From an uncultured Thermoleophilia bacterium (GTDB taxonomy: Bacteria; Actinomycetota; Thermoleophilia; UBA2241): 64,000 bases of DNA. How positions within the stretch are numbered: the stretch's first letter is position 1; every line of letters begins with the position of its first letter. Shown here one piece after another: positions 58,796-64,000 of this stretch. The notes beneath the pieces are model-generated. The model saw only the letters and a list, made by a program, of their open reading frames with translations, was not told where the DNA came from and ran no database searches. The position numbers and the translations under genes are program-made. The stretch spans positions 32,001-96,000 of the forward strand of contig CAVPCT010000005.1 of NCBI GenBank assembly GCA_963702475.1, given 5' to 3'.

Positions 58796-60670
58796 CTACT
58801 TGACGCGAGCCAGCGTGGCCGGACGGACCGCCGCGGCCAGCGCCACGGCCTGCGGCGTGAGGCCGATGTCCTGAAGCAGCCGCGTGCGCTCGCCCTGCGG
58901 TACGAACGCGTCCGGCAGGCCGAAGCGCACCACCGGTACGCGGTCGCCGACCTTCTCGAGGACAGCGCTGCCGAAGCCGCCGGCCAAAGCGTTCTCCTCG
59001 ACCGTCACGAACAGCCTGTGCGTACCCGCCAGTCTCAGCAGCAGCGTCTCGTCCAGGGGCTTGACGAAGCGCGCGTCCACCACGGTGGGACGCTCGCCCT
59101 GCGTCTCGAGCAGCGTTGCCGCCTCACGGGCGATGCCGACCCCGGTGCCGATACCGATGAGCGCGACCTCACGGCCCTCCTGCAGCACGACGCCTTCGCC
59201 GATGGCTACCGGGTCGAGCGACTGCGAGGCGACGAACGGCGCCGCCAGGCCGCGTGGGTAGCGCAGCGCCACGGGGCCGTCGATCTCCAGGGCGGTGGCC
59301 AGCATGCGCTGGAGCTCGTCCTGGCTCGACGGCGCCATCACGGTGAGGTTCGGGATCACGCGAAGGAAGCTGAGGTCGAAGGCGCCGTGGTGCGTGGGGC
59401 CGTCATCGCCGACGAGGCCGGCGCGGTCCACGGCGAACACCACCGGCAGCTGCTGCAGACCGACGTCCTGCACGAGCATGTCGTAGGCCCGCTGCAGGAA
59501 CGTCGAGTACACGGCAACCACGGGACGCATGCCACCGATGGCCAGGCCGGCGGCGAAGACGGCGGCATGCTCCTCGGCGATGCCGACGTCGTAGAAGCGG
59601 TCGGGAAAGCGGCGCTCGAACGCCTCCAGGCCGGTACCCTGGGTCATGGCCGCGGTGATGGCGACCACGCGCGGGTCCTTCTCGGCCAGGCGCACCAGCG
59701 CCTGGCCGAACGCCTCCGTGAACGTCGTCCCCACCGTCGCGGCCTTGCGTTCACCGCTCGTGCGGTGGAACGGTCCGGTCCCGTGGAACGCGTCGGGCTT
59801 GGCCTCCGCGGGCTTGTAGCCCTTGCCCTTGACGGTGCGCACGTGCACCACCACCGGACGCCGCGTGTCGATGGCCTGGCGGATGCTCTCGCGCAGCGCG
59901 TGCAGGTCGTGGCCGTCCACCACGCCGATGTAGGCGAAGCCCAGCTCCTCGAACAGCATCCCGGGCACGAGGAGAGCCTTCATCGACTCCTTCACGTCCT
60001 TGCCGAAGCGGTACGCCTGGCGGCCGATGGCCGGGATCTTCGAGACGCCGTGCTCGAGGTCTTCGCGCAACCGCGTGAGCGTGGGATCGAGACGGATGCG
60101 GTTGAGATAGAGCTGCAGCGCGCCCACGTTGGCGCGGATGGACATCTCGTTGTCGTTGAGGACGACCACGAGCGGGGTGCGCAGGTGCCCGGCCTGATTG
60201 AGGGCCTCGAAGGCGACGCCGCCCGTGAGGGCCCCGTCGCCGAGGACGCAGACGACGTTGCCGCCGGCGTGCGCCAGCCTGGCGGCTTCGACGAGGCCCA
60301 GGCCGTAACCGATGGAGGTGGAGGCGTGACCGGTACCGATCACGTCGTGCTCCGATTCCGCGCGGTTCGGGAAGCCGGAGAGCCCCCCGTACTGGCGGAT
60401 CGTGGCGAACCGGTCGCGGCGGCCCGTAAGGAGCTTGTGCGTGTAGCACTGGTGGCCGACATCCCAGACGATCTTGTCGCGGGGGCTGTCGAGCACGCTG
60501 TGCAGGGCCACTGTGAGCTCGACGGTACCGAGGCTGGGGGCGAGATGGCCGCCCACCTCACTCGTGCAGGAGAGGATCGCCTCGCGGATCTCCCCGCAGA
60601 GCACACCCAGCTCGCGTTCGGAGAACTGCTGCAGGTCGGCGGGATCCGAGATCCGTTCAAGGTACGCCAT
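58796..60670 (-). CDS. dxs: 1-deoxy-D-xylulose-5-phosphate synthase
   Basis: GGHL, WDVGHQ, GDGAL, NDNEMSI, IAEEHA, DRAG..G.DG.TH. Confidence 0.97.
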   Translation of the reverse strand: MAYLERISDPADLQQFSERELGVLCGEIREAILSCTSEVGGHLAPSLGTVELTVALHSVLDSPRDKIVWDVGHQCYTHKLLTGRRDRFATIRQYGGLSGFPNRAESEHDVIGTGHASTSIGYGLGLVEAARLAHAGGNVVCVLGDGALTGGVAFEALNQAGHLRTPLVVVLNDNEMSIRANVGALQLYLNRIRLDPTLTRLREDLEHGVSKIPAIGRQAYRFGKDVKESMKALLVPGMLFEELGFAYIGVVDGHDLHALRESIRQAIDTRRPVVVHVRTVKGKGYKPAEAKPDAFHGTGPFHRTSGERKAATVGTTFTEAFGQALVRLAEKDPRVVAITAAMTQGTGLEAFERRFPDRFYDVGIAEEHAAVFAAGLAIGGMRPVVAVYSTFLQRAYDMLVQDVGLQQLPVVFAVDRAGLVGDDGPTHHGAFDLSFLRVIPNLTVMAPSSQDELQRMLATALEIDGPVALRYPRGLAAPFVASQSLDPVAIGEGVVLQEGREVALIGIGTGVGIAREAATLLETQGERPTVVDARFVKPLDETLLLRLAGTHRLFVTVEENALAGGFGSAVLEKVGDRVPVVRFGLPDAFVPQGERTRLLQDIGLTPQAVALAAAVRPATLARVK

Positions 60671-60679
60671 CGTGACCCG

Positions 60680-60688
60680 AGTATAGCA
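60680..60688 (-). promoter_or_regulatory. Extended -10 promoter of dxs, near-leaderless
   Basis: TGcTATACT 9 nt upstream of ATG; no SD. Confidence 0.55.
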
Positions 60689-60772
60689 CCGGGGTCCGAG
60701 CCTACGGCTCCGCCCGCGCCGGGGCCCCGGGCACGACCGGCGGCGGTGCGGACGAGCCCCGGAGCCGCCGGC

Positions 60773-61660
60773 TCAGCGTCTGCGGTCGCGGATGTAGACG
60801 GTGAGGCCGGCGAGCGACGAGGTGTCGCCCGGAAGATCAGCGAGCCGATCGCCGGCGCGCGCGGCAGCCTCGGCCGCAAGGCCGCGCGCCGCCTCAAGCC
60901 CAAACCGCGACACGTACGTGGTCTTGTGCTGTTCGCGGTCCTTGCCGACGCTCTTGCCGAGCTCCTCTTCGTCGCCGGCCTCGTCGAGGATGTCGTCGAC
61001 GATCTGGAAGAGAAGCCCGACCTCGGTCGCGAAGGCGCGGTACGGCCCCGGATCCGCAGCCCCGGTGAGGACCGCGCCGCAGACCACGGCCGCCTCGATG
61101 AGGCGGCCGGTCTTGAGGGCGTGCAGCGTGCGCAGATCGTCGTCGGTCCGGGCGACGCCGGCCACGTCCATGAACTGGCCGCCGACCATGCCCTGCACGC
61201 CGGTCGCGGCCGCGACCTCGGTGACCGCCGCCAGCAACGCCTCGGGGGAGCCCTGCTGCCGGCTGAGGAGCACGTGGAACGCCTCCGCGAAGAGGCCGTC
61301 GCCGGCGAGGATCGCGATGTCCTCCCCATAGGCGACGTGACACGTCGGGCGACCCCGGCGCAGCGTGTCGTCGTCGATGGCGGGCAGGTCGTCGTGGATG
61401 AGCGAGTAGGTGTGGACCAGCTCGAGCGATGCGGCGGCAGGAAGGACGATCGAGGGGTCGGCGCCACGGCTGCACGCCGTGGCGAGGGCGAGCACCGGCC
61501 GGATACGCTTGCCGCCGGCGAGCAGGGAGTACCGCATGGCCTCGACCAGGCGGGCGGCGCGGCCGTCGGCGCCGAAGTCCAGTCGCTCGAGGTAGTCCTC
61601 GATGAGGGCGAGCAGCTCTTCCGGGTAGCCCTCGTCGTGCCGCTGGAGCTGGGCGGTCAT
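60773..61660 (-). CDS. ispA: Polyprenyl (farnesyl) diphosphate synthase
   Basis: GGKRIRP, SLIHDDLPAIDDD.LRRG, FQIVDDILD. Confidence 0.92.
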   Translation of the reverse strand: MTAQLQRHDEGYPEELLALIEDYLERLDFGADGRAARLVEAMRYSLLAGGKRIRPVLALATACSRGADPSIVLPAAASLELVHTYSLIHDDLPAIDDDTLRRGRPTCHVAYGEDIAILAGDGLFAEAFHVLLSRQQGSPEALLAAVTEVAAATGVQGMVGGQFMDVAGVARTDDDLRTLHALKTGRLIEAAVVCGAVLTGAADPGPYRAFATEVGLLFQIVDDILDEAGDEEELGKSVGKDREQHKTTYVSRFGLEAARGLAAEAAARAGDRLADLPGDTSSLAGLTVYIRDRRR

Positions 61661-61678
61661 CGTGGGGCGCTCATGCCA

Positions 61679-61948
61679 CTATTCTGCAAGACGGCCGAGA
61701 CGCTCGAGGAGGCGGCCCGCCTCCTCGACCAGCTCGGTCGCCCGCTCCAACAGTGTCATCTCGACCTCGCCCGACGACGAGGCCGTCAGGCGCGGCTCCA
61801 GCCCTTCCAGTTGCGTGAGGATGGCGCGCACGCGCGCCACCGCCTCGGCCGGCTTGAACGGCGGTTCCACCCGTCCGGCGGCGGACACCCCTCCGGCCCC
61901 GTCGCCTCCGGCGTCGCCGCCCTGACCGGGACGCACCGCGTCACTCAT
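61679..61948 (-). CDS. Small helical protein, possibly a divergent XseB
   Basis: Fills the nusB-ispA gap and overlaps the nusB stop; EA..RV..I..QLE pattern. Confidence 0.45.
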   Translation of the reverse strand: MSDAVRPGQGGDAGGDGAGGVSAAGRVEPPFKPAEAVARVRAILTQLEGLEPRLTASSSGEVEMTLLERATELVEEAGRLLERLGRLAE

Positions 61949-62357
61949 CCCCGGCCTCCCGCTCGCGCTGCACCGCACCGAGGACGCCGTTCACGAACGT
62001 GCCGGCTTCGTCCGTCGAGTACCGCTTCGTCAACCGCACGGCCTCGTCGATGGCCACCTCCGCAGGCGTCACGCCGGTCTGCATCTCCCAGACGGCCAGG
62101 CGCAGGATGCTTCGCTCGAGCGGGGCGATGCGGTCGACCGCCCAGCCCGTGGAGTGGCGCGCGAGGGTCTCGTCCACCTGCTCGCGCGCCGCCTCCACGC
62201 CGCTCACGGCGGCGATGGTGAACTCGTCGGGGCCGTATCCCTCCCGCAGCTTCTGCCCCTTCACGAGGTCGGCCATGGACAGGTCGGTGACCTCGCGCTG
62301 GTACAGCAGGAACACGGCGTCGCGGCGCGCCTGCTTACGGCTGGGTTTGGCGGGCAC
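61941..62357 (-). CDS. nusB: Transcription antitermination factor NusB
   Basis: R..AR..A..LLYQ, W..DR...LERSILR, IDEAV, FVNGVL. Confidence 0.94.
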   Translation of the reverse strand: MPAKPSRKQARRDAVFLLYQREVTDLSMADLVKGQKLREGYGPDEFTIAAVSGVEAAREQVDETLARHSTGWAVDRIAPLERSILRLAVWEMQTGVTPAEVAIDEAVRLTKRYSTDEAGTFVNGVLGAVQREREAGDE

Positions 62358-62372
62358 GGACTGCTGCCGGGG

Positions 62373-64000
62373 TCAGACGGGCTCGATGGCGAACAGCGGC
62401 TGGCCGTACTGCACGGTCTCGCCGTTCTCCACGAGGATCTCGCGCACCACCCCGGCCACGTCGGCCGTGAGCTCGTTCATCATCTTCATCATCTCGAGGA
62501 TACAGAGCGTCTGGCCGGCGTCCACCGTGTCGCCGACCTCCACGAAGACCGGCGACTGAGGCGAAGGCGAACGGTAGAAGGTCGCGACCCACTTCGAGCG
62601 CACCAGGTGGTACCCGTTGAGTCCGTCGCCGGCCGCGGCGTGGGCGTCAGGGGCCGGCGCGGCCGGCGCGGCCGCCGGAGCGGGCGCCGCCACGACCGCC
62701 GGCGCGGCGCCGGCCTTGCGCACCGTCATCTTGAGGTCGCCCTGCTCGATGACGACCTCCTCCAGGTCGCTCTCCTCCACGAGCGCGAGGATGTCCTTGA
62801 CGCGGTCGGCCGCCTCCACGCCAAGAGCCGACCCGGCCTGCTGCGCGAGATAGGCCGGGATATGCGCGCCGAACACGTCGCTCTCGGGGCCTATGTGGTG
62901 CCGCTCCAGGTACGGGCGCGCCGTCTGAGGGAACAGTGCGTAGCTCAGCAGGTCCTCCTCGGAGCGCGCCAGCTCGCCGATCTCCTCGCGGTAGTCCTCG
63001 AGCGTCTCGCTCACCAGGTCGGCAGGGCGCACATGGATGGGCTCCTCGTCGCCGAGCACCCGGGTGATGACCTCCGTGGAGATGGGGCCCGGCGCCGCGC
63101 CGTACTTGCCGCGCAGGTACGCCTTCATCTCGTCCGGCACGATGCGCCAGCGACGGCCGGAGAGCACGTTGAGCACGGCCTGCGTGCCGACGATCTGCGA
63201 CATCGGCGTGACCAGCGGCGGGTAGCCGATCTCCGAGCGCACGATGGGGATCTCCTCCAGGACCTCAGGCAGCCGGTCCATGGCGTTCTGCTCGGAGAGC
63301 TGACTCTCGAGGTTGCTGATCATGCCGCCCGGCACCTGGTGCGAGTACACCTGCATGTGCGTGAGCGAGGTGACGCCGCGGTCGTGACCGGTCTCCAGTC
63401 GCACCTTCTCGAAGTACTTGGCGATGGAGAAGAGCGTCTCGAGGTCGAGTTCGGTGTCGTACGGCGTGCCGATGAGCGCGGTGACGACCATCTCGGTGGC
63501 CGGCTGCGAGTTGCCGAAGGCCAGCGGGACGGTGGCCGTGTCGATGACGTCCACCCCGGCCTCGATGGCTTTGAGGTAGGTCATCGGCGCAAGGCCGCCG
63601 ATGTAGTGGCAGTGCAGCTGGATAGGCACCGCGATCTCGGCCTTGAGGCGACCGATGAGCTGCTCCGCGTAGAAGGGCGAGAGCAGGGCCGCCATGTCCT
63701 TGATGCAGATGGAGTCGGCGCCCATGTCGACCAGGCTGTGAGCCACCTCGAGGTAATGATCGAGCGAGTGCACCGGCGAGATGGTGTACACAACAGCCGC
63801 CTGGAGGTGCTTGCCGGTCTCCTTGATGGCCGCCGCGGCCGTCTCGAAGTTGCGGATGTCGTTGAGTGCGTCGAAGACGCGGAAGATGTCGATGCCGTTC
63901 TCCGCCGCTTTGTAGACGAAGCGGCGCACGATGTCGTCGCCGTAGTGCCGGTAGCCGACCAGGTTCTGTCCGCGCAGCAGCATCTGCAGGGGTGTGCGCA
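62373..64000 (-). CDS. Pyruvate carboxylase subunit B / OadA-type carboxyltransferase fused to an AccB-like biotin carrier (5' end outside window)
   Basis: LQMLLRGQNLVGYRHY, FRVFDALND, IKDMA, HCH, HQVPGGM, GYPPLVTP.SQIVG; C-terminal EMMKM biotinyl domain. Confidence 0.88.
   Translation of the reverse strand, partial: RTPLQMLLRGQNLVGYRHYGDDIVRRFVYKAAENGIDIFRVFDALNDIRNFETAAAAIKETGKHLQAAVVYTISPVHSLDHYLEVAHSLVDMGADSICIKDMAALLSPFYAEQLIGRLKAEIAVPIQLHCHYIGGLAPMTYLKAIEAGVDVIDTATVPLAFGNSQPATEMVVTALIGTPYDTELDLETLFSIAKYFEKVRLETGHDRGVTSLTHMQVYSHQVPGGMISNLESQLSEQNAMDRLPEVLEEIPIVRSEIGYPPLVTPMSQIVGTQAVLNVLSGRRWRIVPDEMKAYLRGKYGAAPGPISTEVITRVLGDEEPIHVRPADLVSETLEDYREEIGELARSEEDLLSYALFPQTARPYLERHHIGPESDVFGAHIPAYLAQQAGSALGVEAADRVKDILALVEESDLEEVVIEQGDLKMTVRKAGAAPAVVAAPAPAAAPAAPAPDAHAAAGDGLNGYHLVRSKWVATFYRSPSPQSPVFVEVGDTVDAGQTLCILEMMKMMNELTADVAGVVREILVENGETVQYGQPLFAIEPV

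Noticed and set aside
58454-62221. 1255-aa plus-strand ORF
   Set aside because: Antisense to dxs/ispA/nusB; codon-bias artifact

Overview
High-GC bacterial chromosome segment, most likely a deep-branching actinobacterium (Thermoleophilia/Rubrobacteria-like; inferred from WhiG next to dprA/rpsB plus Firmicutes-like blocks nusB-ispA-dxs-tlyA-nadK-recN and xerD-deoB-punA-pdp). About 19.8-64 kb is a nearly continuous minus-strand housekeeping region running from pycB/accB, nusB, dxs, recN and pyrG through smc, ftsY, ffh, rpsP-rplS, three lepB genes, dprA, xerC and whiG to rpsB-tsf-pyrH-frr-uppS-cdsA. The first ~19.7 kb is an accessory surface-glycan locus. It holds the CDP-3,6-dideoxyhexose genes rfbF/rfbG/rfbH and a convergent paratose/tyvelose module (reductase, 2-epimerase, WbaV-like transferase, flippase). 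It also holds an unusual cassette: a NeuB-type synthase fused to a sugar-isomerase cupin, a HAD phosphatase, a YerE-like ThDP enzyme, a reductase, an Fe-ADH, a polyprenyl-phosphate GT2 and an FkbM methyltransferase, flanked by two GT-C-like membrane proteins. I infer this cassette builds a long-chain C4-branched sugar; it is the best candidate for an undescribed system. Other oddities are a Pta regulatory half coupled to plsX, a pyruvate-carboxyltransferase/AccB fusion, a frameshifted xerD, a VapC remnant, a REP-like hairpin mosaic and several structured leaders. No tRNA, rRNA, CRISPR array or transposase was seen. Product calls rest on motif recognition, not database searches, and many start codons were re-picked by eye.
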